Origin: Myxococcales bacterium
GTDB lineage: Bacteria; Myxococcota_A; Polyangia; Polyangiales; DASUME01
DNA: 64,000 nucleotides
NCBI GenBank assembly: GCA_047601445.1
Contig: JASGJH010000001.1
Coordinates: 3,488,001 to 3,552,000, forward strand
Reading direction: 5' to 3'
Below, in pieces: positions 19,333 to 29,155 of the stretch. The first letter of the stretch is position 1, and each line of letters opens with the position of its first letter. Position numbers and translations under genes: made by a program. The notes beneath the pieces were generated by a model. The model did not search any database. It was not told the DNA's origin and saw only the letters and a program-made list of their open reading frames with translations.

Positions 19333-20946
19333 ATGTGGCCGCGGTCGAAACCCGAGTCGTCGGCGCCGTCCTGGCCGGAAGAACAGTCCGGCAAGCGCTT
19401 GCGCAAGCTCGCGCCGCGATCGCCTCGTACGTCGTGGCTGGACCGCGTGGTCACGGTGGTGCTGGCGGTGAGTGGCGTCGCACTCTTGCGTTGGCTTCTG
19501 CATCCGCTCGTGGGCGATGCCATTCCACTCACACCGTTCTTGGCGGCAGTCGCGATCGCGACCCACCGTCACGGTGCGCGCGTCGGTTATGTGGTCGCGC
19601 TCGTTTCAGTGGTGCTCGGCTCACGCTTGTTCACGGAGTCCGACCCGCATCATCCCTACGAACACCTGATCATTCTGCTGTTGTTCATGGCGTGTTCGGC
19701 CCTGGTCATCACCATCATCGAGCGTGAACAAAAGACCAGGCGAGCGCTGGAGGCGCGCGACATCTTGATCCGCCGCAGCTACGCCGAGCGCGAGCGGCTG
19801 GCCGAAGAGCTCGCCACCTCGCGAAGGCTCGAGGGCCTCGGCCGCCTGGCAGGCGGAGTCGCGCATGATTTCAACAACCTGCTGACCGTCATCCTGGGCT
19901 CGGCCGAGCTGCTCAAGCAGGAGTTGCCCGCGAGCCCCCTACTCGACGGTGTAGAAGTCGCCGCGACCCGCGCGGCCGAACTCACCAAGCAGCTGCTCGG
20001 CCTCGGTCGCAGACAGACGCTGGTTCTCACCACCCTCGATGTGGCCTCCGTCCTCCGTGAATGCGAGCGTCTCTGTACCCGCATGCTCCCGGCAGGATTC
20101 GAGCTCCGCATCGATCTCGGGCGCACACCCTGGACCTTCGAGGGTGACGCCACGGCGTTGCAGCAGATCCTGATGAACCTGGTCGTCAACGCCCGCGACG
20201 CCATGCCGCAGGGCGGCACCATCACCGTATCGAGCGAGAACGTGATACTCGAGCGCTTCGACACCGACGAGATCGACCTGATGGCAGGCGACTACGTACG
20301 CATCCGTGTCTCGGATGAAGGCACGGGCCTCGACGCCGCGGTTCAACCACACCTGTTCGAGCCCTTCTACTCCACCAAGGGCCAGGGCACCGGACTCGGT
20401 TTGGCCGTGGTCTACGGCCTGAGCAAGCAGCTCCGCGGCTCCGTGCGCGCCCACAACAACACGGACAAGGGCGCTAGCTTCGACCTCTACCTGCCCCGCT
20501 CCTCCCGCTTCAGCGCCGACAGCGGCGTCGTACCGCGCACCAAGAAGGGCGTGGCCGGGCGCTCGCTGCGGGTGCTGATGGTGGAGGACAACGCCCTCGT
20601 GCAGCGAACCCTGCGCAGCATCCTGGAGTCCCTGGGTCATCGCGTCGTCATCGCCAGCAACGGCGAGGCGGCACTGGCGATCATGGAGCGCGAACCGCGC
20701 GCACTGGACGTCGTGCTGAGCGACGTGGTGATGCCCGGCATGGACGGCCTCGAGGTCGCCGAAGAAGCCGGCAAGCTCTCCGCGAAGATCGGAGTCGTGC
20801 TGATCTCCGGCTACACCGACGCCGACGTGTGGAAGCGCCTGGGACAGAACGGCATCGTCTTCCTGCGCAAACCCTTCTCGAGCGGCGAGCTCAACGACGC
20901 TCTCGATCGAGCCACGCATCGGGGTGCGGGGGCGCGCACCGGGTAA
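19333..20946 (+). CDS. hybrid sensor histidine kinase/receiver with N-terminal membrane domain (DUF4118-like)
   Basis: LAGGVAHDFNNLLT, NLVVNARDAM, FEPFYSTK..GTGLGL, C-terminal receiver SDVVMPGMDG...RKPF. Confidence 0.92.
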   Translation: MWPRSKPESSAPSWPEEQSGKRLRKLAPRSPRTSWLDRVVTVVLAVSGVALLRWLLHPLVGDAIPLTPFLAAVAIATHRHGARVGYVVALVSVVLGSRLFTESDPHHPYEHLIILLLFMACSALVITIIEREQKTRRALEARDILIRRSYAERERLAEELATSRRLEGLGRLAGGVAHDFNNLLTVILGSAELLKQELPASPLLDGVEVAATRAAELTKQLLGLGRRQTLVLTTLDVASVLRECERLCTRMLPAGFELRIDLGRTPWTFEGDATALQQILMNLVVNARDAMPQGGTITVSSENVILERFDTDEIDLMAGDYVRIRVSDEGTGLDAAVQPHLFEPFYSTKGQGTGLGLAVVYGLSKQLRGSVRAHNNTDKGASFDLYLPRSSRFSADSGVVPRTKKGVAGRSLRVLMVEDNALVQRTLRSILESLGHRVVIASNGEAALAIMEREPRALDVVLSDVVMPGMDGLEVAEEAGKLSAKIGVVLISGYTDADVWKRLGQNGIVFLRKPFSSGELNDALDRATHRGAGARTG

Positions 20947-22399
20947 CCCCCAAGTACGCGTCGAGCGCGAATGCGCGTGGCTTGTCGCTGCGACTGGCGA
21001 TGTAGCCGTCGGGGCGCACGACGACGACGGATCCCGGGACCGCCTGGTAGGCTGCCGCGATCTTACCTCCGCGGTCGAAGGAATCGCTCACGTGCACACT
21101 GCGAACGCGCGCGTCCTGTGCTTGCACGCGGGCCGCGTCGGCGCCGAACGCGAGGACGGTGAAATGAGCGCCGCGAAAGACATCGAACAAGCGACCCGTG
21201 TTCGTAACCGCGTCCGGGGCGCGATCTCCCGAGCGCAAGCGGACCCCAGGCGAGATGTCCACATCGACTGACAGGCTGCTATCCCGGTAATTCGTGCCGA
21301 GTTGCTTGGTGTCCGCGCCGCGACGCTGCCGAGCACGGCGCTCATACAGCGCGGTCGAGAGGTTCAACACCTTGTGTGCGATCGGGAGGCGCTCTTGCTG
21401 GTAGGTATCGAGAAGCGCGTCGGGAGCGCCATCGAGTACCGCTGCGAGCTTCCAACCGAGGTTCTGAGAATCTTGTACACCGATGTTCAAGCCCTGACCG
21501 CCGGTGGGCGGATGCACGTGGGCTGCGTCGCCGGCGAGCAAGACGCGACCCACGCGGTAGCGGTCAACCATGCGCGACTGAGGATGATAGAGAGAGAGCC
21601 AGCTCACTGCGCGAACTCCGATCTTCGCGCTCCGGAGTGTGTGGGTCAGGAACGCTTGCACCGGAGCGAGTTCGAGCGCCGGCGGCGACGAGCCGGGCTC
21701 GAGCTGAGCAAGCAACTGGAACTTTTCCCCACCCGGCAAGGGACACAGCGCCACGGCACCGCTGCGCGCGCGAGGCCAGACATGCCACGCATCGCGCGCG
21801 AGACCGTCGAGAACCAAATCTCCCACCAGGGCCGAAGGTTCATCGAGGGTGCGGCCCTGCAACGTCAGTCCGAGCGCCTTGCGGACGGTGCTACGACCGC
21901 CGTCGGCTGCCAGGAGATAGGCAGTCCGGACGAGCTCGCTCCGCGTGCCGTGCTCGAGTTCGGCACGGACGGCGTCTGCGTCCTGGGTGAATCCCCGAAG
22001 TGCGCAGCCGTATTCGACCTCGACATCCAGCTCGGTCAGCCGTTCGCGTAGCGATGCTTCGGTGTCAGCCTGCGCCACCATCCAGGCGTTCGGATAGGGC
22101 ACCTGATCCGTTCTCTGGCCGCGCTCCATGAGATCGTAGCCCCACGCGAATGGCCCCCAATGCACCCGCATGCGCGGGTACGGCGTACCTCTGGCGAGCA
22201 CCCGGTCGACGATGCCGAGGTCGTCGAACAGCTCGAGCGTCCGCGGCTGCAAGCCCTTGCCGCGCGAACCCGGCATGGGCCCCTGGTTCTGCTCGACGAT
22301 GCGCACCCGCTGGCCGCGTCGCGCGAGCTCACACGCGAGCGTGAGTCCCGTCGGCCCTGCGCCCACGATCAATACCGCGATGTCCGTGCTAGCGTTCAC
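20891..22399 (-). CDS. FAD-dependent monooxygenase (FAD_binding_3, aromatic hydroxylase-like)
   Basis: VGAGPTGL, ADGGRSTVR, GRVLLAGDAAHVHPPTGGQGLN, VRPDGYIA. Confidence 0.92.
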   Translation of the reverse strand: MNASTDIAVLIVGAGPTGLTLACELARRGQRVRIVEQNQGPMPGSRGKGLQPRTLELFDDLGIVDRVLARGTPYPRMRVHWGPFAWGYDLMERGQRTDQVPYPNAWMVAQADTEASLRERLTELDVEVEYGCALRGFTQDADAVRAELEHGTRSELVRTAYLLAADGGRSTVRKALGLTLQGRTLDEPSALVGDLVLDGLARDAWHVWPRARSGAVALCPLPGGEKFQLLAQLEPGSSPPALELAPVQAFLTHTLRSAKIGVRAVSWLSLYHPQSRMVDRYRVGRVLLAGDAAHVHPPTGGQGLNIGVQDSQNLGWKLAAVLDGAPDALLDTYQQERLPIAHKVLNLSTALYERRARQRRGADTKQLGTNYRDSSLSVDVDISPGVRLRSGDRAPDAVTNTGRLFDVFRGAHFTVLAFGADAARVQAQDARVRSVHVSDSFDRGGKIAAAYQAVPGSVVVVRPDGYIASRSDKPRAFALDAYLGVTRCAPPHPDAWLDRERR

Positions 22400-22453
22400 G
22401 CATCACAGTTTGTAAGTAAGAGCTTGGGTTTGCAGCTTGCATTGAGGAACGTC

Positions 22454-23065
22454 ATGGAGCGAGCAAAGCTAAGTCCTCGAAAACTCCCGACACAGGCACG
22501 CTCGCGGGCCACCGTGGACGCGATTTTGCAAGCCACGACTTACATTTTGCACAGGCAGAGCTTCGAGGGGTTGAATACGAACGCGGTGGCCAGGCGCGCC
22601 GGCGTGAACATCGCGACCCTGTATCAGTACTTTCCCAACAAGGAGGCGCTGGTGGCCGAGCTCGCCCGCCGCCACGTGGTTCGCACGCGCGCTGCAGCCC
22701 TGAAGGTACTCCAGGAGGCAGGCCACGGACGCAATGTGGCTGCCACGATAGGTGTGGCAGTGGACGCGCTGCTCGCTTCCCATCGGATCGAGCCAGAGCT
22801 CCACCGCATCCTTACACTTCAGCCACGACTATACGGCCAGAAGCGCATCGCGACCGAGTCCGACGACGCTCTCAAGGCCCTCGGCACGCTCTGGCTCAAG
22901 CGCAGCGCCGAGCGCTTCGAGCGACCTGAGCTGACTCTTTGGGTGGCCTTCACCGCGATACACACGGTGCTCCATGCCGCATTGGTCGAGCGTCCCGGCG
23001 CCATCGACGACCCGGCGTTCGCCGCGGAATTGAGACAGTTGGCCCTGCGCTACTTACGCGCCTAG
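22454..23065 (+). CDS. TetR/AcrR family transcriptional regulator
   Basis: PRKLPTQARSRATVDAIL...TNAVARRAGVNIATLYQYFPNKEAL; divergent from the monooxygenase. Confidence 0.92.
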   Translation: MERAKLSPRKLPTQARSRATVDAILQATTYILHRQSFEGLNTNAVARRAGVNIATLYQYFPNKEALVAELARRHVVRTRAAALKVLQEAGHGRNVAATIGVAVDALLASHRIEPELHRILTLQPRLYGQKRIATESDDALKALGTLWLKRSAERFERPELTLWVAFTAIHTVLHAALVERPGAIDDPAFAAELRQLALRYLRA

Positions 23066-23071
23066 CTGCGC

Positions 23072-23123
23072 TCCCCCGCCCACGTACCCCCGTAGTCCGT
23101 GCGCAGCGCGCGGGGGCGGGGGA
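23072..23123. terminator. GC-rich inverted repeat between convergent genes (possible terminator or REP-like element)
   Basis: TCCCCCGCCC-N32-GGGCGGGGGA; no U-tract. Confidence 0.3.
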
Positions 23124-23191
23124 TGCCCTGGTCGCTCGTCGCGCTGCTGCGAAGCCCCGCCGCCGGAGCGCTGCGCGCGGGCCATGGGAGA

Positions 23192-24106
23192 TCAGTCGAT
23201 GACGACCGGAGGATCCTCCACCGGCGGCTTTTCCACCGGCGGCTCTTTCACCGGTGGGGTGCCAGCATCCGGCTCTCCTCCGCCAGTTGGCGGGTTCGGA
23301 TTCGCTCCGTCGCAGCTGGGTTGCCCACCGGTTCCATCGAAGGTTACCCGGTAAGCCTCACTGCTGTCGGCTCCATCGACGCCTCGCTGGTCGTGATCGA
23401 CGATCACCGTGCACACGCCTTCCGTCGCGTTGCCGGACCCATCGACGACGCGCACACCGAGCTTGTACACGCGACCGTCCTTGGGTCCCTGGCGCTCGGA
23501 CCGCAGCTGCACGTGCTTGCAATCGGCATCGAGCAGAATGTCGGGGGCGTGGTGACCGTCGCCGATGTCGTCCACCGGCTCGTCGCTGCTGGCCCAGACG
23601 AACTCAGCCTGCAGATCCGTGCGGCAGGCGTCCTGCACGCTCGCGCAATCCTCCACCGCGAAGCTGTGGAACTTGTGGTTCGGAGGCCACATGAAGAGGG
23701 TCTTGGTGGTGACCGTCGGCGCGGCCGTGTCGACGACGTGCAGGTCGGCGCGGCAAAGCGTGTTGGAGTCGGCGTCGCGCACGACCACCACGTGATCGCC
23801 CACAGCGAACGGCCCGTGGTCCACGGTCACGGGTGCGTTGCAGGAGTCTCCGTCGGCGCGCACGAAGATCGTCTCGGGATTGGCAGTCCCGCTTCCGTCC
23901 GTGCACTCCACGGTCAGATCCTGCGGACACATCCAGGCGTCGCTGGGCACGGCGGCGTCCGAGCCGACGCACTCGACCTCGAGGGCGGCCGCGGAGCCGC
24001 GCGGCTCGGTCTGTCCGTCTTCACAGGCCACGAGGCCGAGGGCGGCAGCACAAGCGGCAATCGTGGCGGGTTTACGCAAGCCCAACTGCGGTTGTTTGTT
24101 TTTCAT
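23192..24106 (-). CDS. lipoprotein with HYR/Ig-like and WPPNHK-type extracellular domain, Pro-rich tail
   Basis: Lipobox LVAC; CPQDLTVEC; MWPPNHK; LRSERQGPKDGRVY; PPVxx repeats at the C-terminus. Confidence 0.75.
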   Translation of the reverse strand: MKNKQPQLGLRKPATIAACAAALGLVACEDGQTEPRGSAAALEVECVGSDAAVPSDAWMCPQDLTVECTDGSGTANPETIFVRADGDSCNAPVTVDHGPFAVGDHVVVVRDADSNTLCRADLHVVDTAAPTVTTKTLFMWPPNHKFHSFAVEDCASVQDACRTDLQAEFVWASSDEPVDDIGDGHHAPDILLDADCKHVQLRSERQGPKDGRVYKLGVRVVDGSGNATEGVCTVIVDHDQRGVDGADSSEAYRVTFDGTGGQPSCDGANPNPPTGGGEPDAGTPPVKEPPVEKPPVEDPPVVID

Positions 24107-24444
24107 GCCTGCTTCGGTGGTCGACACGTCCTCATCGGTTGAAACAACCCCACGAAAATCAGCACGTTTCCGCAGCAACGGATCAATGCACCACGACTGC
24201 ATCTCGAGTCCACTTGCCCTGGGGTCGCCGTGCAGCCCGGCGCCGCTGGCTTGGGCGCGGCTCACTCGGATGTTTCGATGCGCGCCATGTGATCCCCAAG
24301 CTCACGCGTGCCGCGCAGCGTGCGCGACGGGTGCACTCGGGCGTCGGTGTGCGCCGCCGTTCTTTTCGCGCAGCAACGCTTGCGCCCGAACGAGTCAGCC
24401 CAGCGCTTCGCGTTTGGAGAGCGCATGTTCCGGCGATAGGTTCA

Positions 24445-25989
24445 ATGATGACTGGCGCATCACGTCCGCTCATCTTCACCAGCTTGATGCTGTGCTCACT
24501 CGGTCTCGCAGCCTGCTCGCACCGAAGGGCGCGGCCCATCGAACAGCGCACCCTCATGGGCAACCACGTGGTGGAGTACGAGGGCGCGCCGTCCAAGCTC
24601 GATCCACTGCCGCCGGCCAATGTGCCGCAGCACCCGTACATGGCCGAGAACGGGCGCAGCGCCATGCACGTGGATTCCTTCTGCTCCAACACGTACGACA
24701 CACGCGGCGTCAAGGGCGTGGACCCCAAGGTCATCTCGGACTCGATGGGTGTCATCGGAGGCGAGTGCTCCACGCTAAACTTCGACAAGCAAGGTCGCGT
24801 CCTGGCCCTGTGTGTGCGCAAGAGTCGCCCTGCCCTGCGTCTGATCGATCCCGCCTCACTGCGCGAGCTCGCGGTCTACAAGTTGCCCAGGCGCAACGTG
24901 CGCTCGCTGCACGTGCGCAAGGCCATGGGCGACACCGGCGGCGGCGCCTATTTCTACGTGGACCACGAGGACCGCGCGGTGATGGGGACCAGCGCGGACG
25001 AGATCCAGGTGGTCTCGGTACGCGTGAATGCCCGCGGCCGTGAGCATTTCCACGTGGACGAGTCGATGGACGTAAGCGAGGCGCTGCAGCACGAAGGGCA
25101 CTCCGATCACATGACGGCGGTCATGCCGGACTGGCAGGGTCACTACTGGTTCGCCGGTCGCTACGGTACCGTGGGGGTGGTCGACCCGGGAATCGCGCCC
25201 AAGTTCCTCCACTTGCCCGGCGAGCAAATCGAGAACTCGTTCTCGGTGGGGCCCGACGGGGTGTACATCGTCTCGGATCATGCGCTCTATCGCATGGAGC
25301 GCGGCCCCCACGGCGCGCCGCACGTGGTGTGGCGCGTGCCCTACGACCGCGGCACGCACCGCAAGGTGGGCCAAATCAACCAGGGCTCGGGCACCACGCC
25401 GAGCCTCCTGGGCGATAAGTACGTGGCCATCGCGGACAACGCCGAGCCACGCATGCACGTGCTGGTCTACGCCCGCGACGAACGCGACGGTGCGCGCCCC
25501 ATCTGCCAGGTGCCGGTCTTCGAACCCAATCGGAGCGCCACCGAGAACTCATTGATCGCCTACGGCAACTCGCTGATCGTGGAGAACAACTTCGGCTACG
25601 ACCTGTTCCTGACCATGCGGCACGACCGCACGAGCGCCCCCGGCGTGGCTCGCGTGGATATCCGTCCGGACGAGAGTGGCTGCGACGTGCGCTGGAGTGT
25701 GGATGAGATCTCGCAGACCGTGGTGCCCAAGATGTCCACCAAGACGGGTCTCGTGTACCTCTATACGAAGGCGCCCGCGAGCTACCGCGACACCGAGGAG
25801 TTCTATCTCACGGCCCTCGACTTCCAGACCGGCAAGCCCGTCTTTCGCGTCTTGACCGGCACCGGCATGCTGTTCGACAACAACTGGGCCGAACTCGCCC
25901 TGGCTCCCGACGGGAAGGCCTTCGTGGGCGTGTTGAACGGGTTCCTCAGGGTCTCGGACCGGACCAAGCCCCGCTATACGAGTCGCTGA
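24445..25989 (+). CDS. hypothetical lipoprotein, probable beta-propeller
   Basis: Lipobox LAAC; GGGAYFYVD, PDWQGHYWF, GSGTTPSLLG; strong GC3 bias from 24445. Confidence 0.75.
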   Translation: MMTGASRPLIFTSLMLCSLGLAACSHRRARPIEQRTLMGNHVVEYEGAPSKLDPLPPANVPQHPYMAENGRSAMHVDSFCSNTYDTRGVKGVDPKVISDSMGVIGGECSTLNFDKQGRVLALCVRKSRPALRLIDPASLRELAVYKLPRRNVRSLHVRKAMGDTGGGAYFYVDHEDRAVMGTSADEIQVVSVRVNARGREHFHVDESMDVSEALQHEGHSDHMTAVMPDWQGHYWFAGRYGTVGVVDPGIAPKFLHLPGEQIENSFSVGPDGVYIVSDHALYRMERGPHGAPHVVWRVPYDRGTHRKVGQINQGSGTTPSLLGDKYVAIADNAEPRMHVLVYARDERDGARPICQVPVFEPNRSATENSLIAYGNSLIVENNFGYDLFLTMRHDRTSAPGVARVDIRPDESGCDVRWSVDEISQTVVPKMSTKTGLVYLYTKAPASYRDTEEFYLTALDFQTGKPVFRVLTGTGMLFDNNWAELALAPDGKAFVGVLNGFLRVSDRTKPRYTSR

Positions 25990-27322
25990 ACGACTCGAAC
26001 CAGGGCGCCGTCTCGGGAATGCGGTCGCGCAGGATGGAGCCCACCGGGACGCGCGCGCGGATCTTACGCAGCGTGGCGTAGTGACCGACCAGGGCGCGAT
26101 TGAAGAAGACGAGTTCCTTGGAGGGCTGGAACGACGCCATGTGTTTCATGGTGGCGGGCACCAGCTTGGTGAGCACGTCCTGCTCGAAGCGCGCTGCGCC
26201 GAAGTCGAAGGGGTTGGCGGCCAGCACCGGCAGCGCCAGCCAGTCACGCCACAACTTGTAGAAATCGTGGCCCACTTGTGGACCGCCGGGGCGCCTGATA
26301 CCGAGCGTCTTGAGCGTCTCTTCGACGCTGCCGTAGTCCTCGCGCAAGCCCTGCACGATGAGCTGCTGGTAGCCCTTGGCCACGTGGGGCGCGAGACGCT
26401 TCACGCAACCGAAGTCGTACATGATGACGCTGCCGTCCTTGCGGAAGGCGAAGTTGGCGGGATTCGGGTCTGCGTGGATCGCGCCGTGCTCGAAGATCTG
26501 GGACTCCATGGCGAGCCACAGATGCCGCCCGCAACGGTCCCGCTCCTCGCTGGTGTAGCCGAGCGTGTCGAAGTCTTTGATGTGATCGCCGGGCTCGTAG
26601 GCGAGTGTGAGAACCCGTTTGGCCGAACGGTGGCCGATGACCTCGGGCACCACCACGAAAGGGTGATGCTCGGCATGGAAGGCGCGGAACTCGCGCACGT
26701 TGTCGGACTCGTTGCAGTAGTCGAGCTCCTCGTGCATGCGCTCGCTGATTTCGTTGAAGCTGGCATCGAGCGCCTTCTTGTCCACGCGCAGCACGCCGCT
26801 CGCCAAGAGCGCGAACTTGAGGTGACGCATGTCGGAGTTCACCGCGTCGTCCACGCCCGGGTATTGCACTTTCACGATCACGTCGCGCCCGTCGACCCTG
26901 GCGCGGTGCACCTGTCCGATGGACGCGGCGGCGAAGGGCTTGGGATCGAAGTCCTCGAAGAGCATCGCGAGCGGCTGGTCGAACTCGGACTGGATCTGCT
27001 CCTCGATCACCGAGAACTCCACCGGCGGAGCTTCACGCTGCAGTGACTGCAGGGCGTCGGCGATCTCCTTGGGCAAGAGGTCCGCCGCCATGGAGGCCAT
27101 CTGACCCATCTTCATGGCGGCCCCCTTGAGCTCTCCGAGGGTGGCGGCGATGCGGGCGCCGACGCGCTCCATGGCCTCTTGCTGATCCTGCGCCGCGGCC
27201 TCGTCCGACAAGAACATGCGCTTCACGCGGTCGCGCGCGTAGCCACCGGCCACGGAGGCGGTGAGTCCCGCGAGTTTGAAGAAGCGGCCTCCGCCAGCAG
27301 GGGGTTTCCCGTTGTTCGACAT
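25946..27322 (-). CDS. ABC1/UbiB (AarF) family atypical kinase
   Basis: LKGAAMKMGQ, PFAAASIGQVHRA, VKVQYPGV, HADPNPANF, YDFGCVK. Confidence 0.93.
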   Translation of the reverse strand: MSNNGKPPAGGGRFFKLAGLTASVAGGYARDRVKRMFLSDEAAAQDQQEAMERVGARIAATLGELKGAAMKMGQMASMAADLLPKEIADALQSLQREAPPVEFSVIEEQIQSEFDQPLAMLFEDFDPKPFAAASIGQVHRARVDGRDVIVKVQYPGVDDAVNSDMRHLKFALLASGVLRVDKKALDASFNEISERMHEELDYCNESDNVREFRAFHAEHHPFVVVPEVIGHRSAKRVLTLAYEPGDHIKDFDTLGYTSEERDRCGRHLWLAMESQIFEHGAIHADPNPANFAFRKDGSVIMYDFGCVKRLAPHVAKGYQQLIVQGLREDYGSVEETLKTLGIRRPGGPQVGHDFYKLWRDWLALPVLAANPFDFGAARFEQDVLTKLVPATMKHMASFQPSKELVFFNRALVGHYATLRKIRARVPVGSILRDRIPETAPWFESFSDSYSGAWSGPRP

Positions 27323-27427
27323 CTTACGCTCGCCTCGTTGGCCCTGGGCCGTGGGCAAACGTATGGCGAATCGACAGGGTCATCAACAGGTTCGAGCTGC
27401 CGCAGTTGTGACCCAATCTGCTGTTTT

Positions 27428-27497
27428 CGGGAGGGCACGCGCCCTCCCGCCCGTCGCGGCGAAGCCGCGCCAGCCGCCGCGAGGTTCGCTGCGCTCG
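27428..27497 (+). repeat. composite hairpin repeat (REP/BIME-like), copy of the 46316 element
   Basis: CGGGAGGGC-ACGC-GCCCTCCCG, then CGCGGC-GAA-GCCGCG, then CCGCGAGGTTCGCTGCGCTC. Confidence 0.7.
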
Positions 27498-27524
27498 AGG
27501 CGAGCTTGCCGCGAAGACGCGCTG

Positions 27525-28262
27525 CTACTTGCAGGCGCCTTCGCTGGCGATGGAAACGCCCTTGAGTTGAGCCAAACAGCGAGAGTTGTAGGTCTCGCCA
27601 TCGCAGCCGCAAACGGGGTTGTAGTCCTTGCCGCAGAGCTTGGGCTTGTCCGTGCAGACCCCCGTGCCATCGGCGATGCCGCAGCCCTGCCCGCCCGCTG
27701 CCTCTTCGTAGTTGCAGAACTGGCCAGCCTCGCACGAGAGGCCCGCGAAGCCTCCGCACGTCTTGCCCGTATTTCCAGCGGTCCCACACTCGCCCTGCGC
27801 CTTCACCGACTGTCCCGCCGCCTGGGCACTGCAATCACTGGCGTAGGTCTTGCCGTCGCAGCCGCACACGGGCGCGTAGATGGTGGTGCAGATCTGCGGC
27901 TTCTTCGTGCAGGTGCCGCCCTGATCGTTGGCACCGCACTGAGAGCTCGCGGCGTAGGAGCAAAACTCGTCTTTGGCGCAGGTCACGCCCCCACGGGTGC
28001 CACAGCGCATGCCGCTGCCGCCCGCGTCCCCGTTGCTCGACGTGTCGTCGCCATCGCCCGCCGTGCCGTCGTCGCCATCGCCATCCCCGTCGCCGGTGGT
28101 CCCCGCGTCGTGCTTGGCGCTGCCCCGCAGTGCATCGGCCGCCGCATCGGGGTCGAGCGCACCGGAGCTGGACCCACTATCGCAAGCGCCGAGCGGACCG
28201 ACGAGACCGAGAGCCAACAGGAGCGGAGCGAAGCGAGGAGCGAGCGAGACCGAACGAAGCAT
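27525..28262 (-). CDS. lipoprotein with two Kazal-type protease inhibitor domains
   Basis: Lipobox LGAC; CTTIYAPVCGCDGKTYASDC and CGKDYNPVCGCDGETYNSRC. Confidence 0.88.
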   Translation of the reverse strand: MLRSVSLAPRFAPLLLALGLVGPLGACDSGSSSGALDPDAAADALRGSAKHDAGTTGDGDGDGDDGTAGDGDDTSSNGDAGGSGMRCGTRGGVTCAKDEFCSYAASSQCGANDQGGTCTKKPQICTTIYAPVCGCDGKTYASDCSAQAAGQSVKAQGECGTAGNTGKTCGGFAGLSCEAGQFCNYEEAAGGQGCGIADGTGVCTDKPKLCGKDYNPVCGCDGETYNSRCLAQLKGVSIASEGACK

Positions 28263-28483
28263 GGGAGGACCTCCGAAAGACGTGGGCAGGATAGGCAGGC
28301 AGCCGAGCCCAGAAAAGACGGTACGCAGCTTCAGACGTGCGAGGCGGCGGTTCGTGCTGCTCGCGTGCCCAGAGCCCGCGTTTGGGTGAGTGGCCCGAAG
28401 CGGCGCTTTCCGTGGCCTCTTTCGAGCAAAGGTCGGCTTCCTTACACAAGGTGGCCTCCGAAGCGCCTGCTCTTGCCAATTAT

Positions 28484-28523
28484 ACCCGGGAATTATTGAC
28501 GCCACAAAACACCCGGGTAATAT
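28484..28523 (+). promoter_or_regulatory. sigma70-type promoter with two ACCCGGG boxes; probably leaderless
   Basis: TTGACG (28496-28501), 16-nt spacer, TAATAT (28518-28523), ATG at 28531; ACCCGGG at 28484 and 28511. Confidence 0.65.
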
Positions 28524-28530
28524 CCCGTTC

Positions 28531-29085
28531 ATGACTGAAGCCGAAGAAACTTTTTCCGCCTTCGTGGGCGAGCGCCTGTTGGCCTCGGGCGAACTCCGCA
28601 AGGTGCTGCTCAAGGCCAAGCAGCGCTTCGACGCGGGCGAGCCGCACGACCTGTTGATCTTCGACGACCAGACCGGCCAGCAAGTGGAGTTCGACCTACG
28701 CGGTCCCGCCGAGCAGATGCTCGAGCGCGAACTGCCTGCGCCGCGCGCCACGGGACCAGGTCGGCCCAAGCTCGGCGTGGTGTCGCGCGAGGTGTCGCTC
28801 TTGCCGCGCCACTGGGACTGGCTCGAGCAGGAGCCCAACGGCATCTCGGCGGCCCTGCGCCGCCTGGTCGAGGAGGCCAGCAAGCGCGACCCGGGGGAGC
28901 AACGCGCCCGCAAGACGCGCGCCGCTGCCAGTCGTTTCATGACTGCCCTGGCCGGCAACCTGCCGAACTACGAGGAGGCCTCGCGCGCGCTGTTCGCAGG
29001 CGATCAGCCGCAGTTCGAGGCCCACATCAAGGGTTGGCCCAAGGACATCCGGAAGAAGCTCGAAGAGCTCACGCGGCAGCGCTAA
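28531..29085 (+). CDS. DUF2239 family protein
   Basis: LLIFDDQTGQQVEFDLRG, GPGRPKLGVVSREVSLLPRHWDWL, FMTALAGNLPNYEEASRALF, WPKDI. Confidence 0.9.
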   Translation: MTEAEETFSAFVGERLLASGELRKVLLKAKQRFDAGEPHDLLIFDDQTGQQVEFDLRGPAEQMLERELPAPRATGPGRPKLGVVSREVSLLPRHWDWLEQEPNGISAALRRLVEEASKRDPGEQRARKTRAAASRFMTALAGNLPNYEEASRALFAGDQPQFEAHIKGWPKDIRKKLEELTRQR

Positions 29086-29155
29086 CGTGGGTCGTGCTCC
29101 GCTCTCCGCAGATGGCGCGTCACGAGGACGTGCCAGGCGGGTCCGCACGCAAGGC

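Noticed and set aside
23195..23260. 15-bp tandem DNA repeat
   Set aside because: It simply encodes the PPVxx Pro-rich protein tail.
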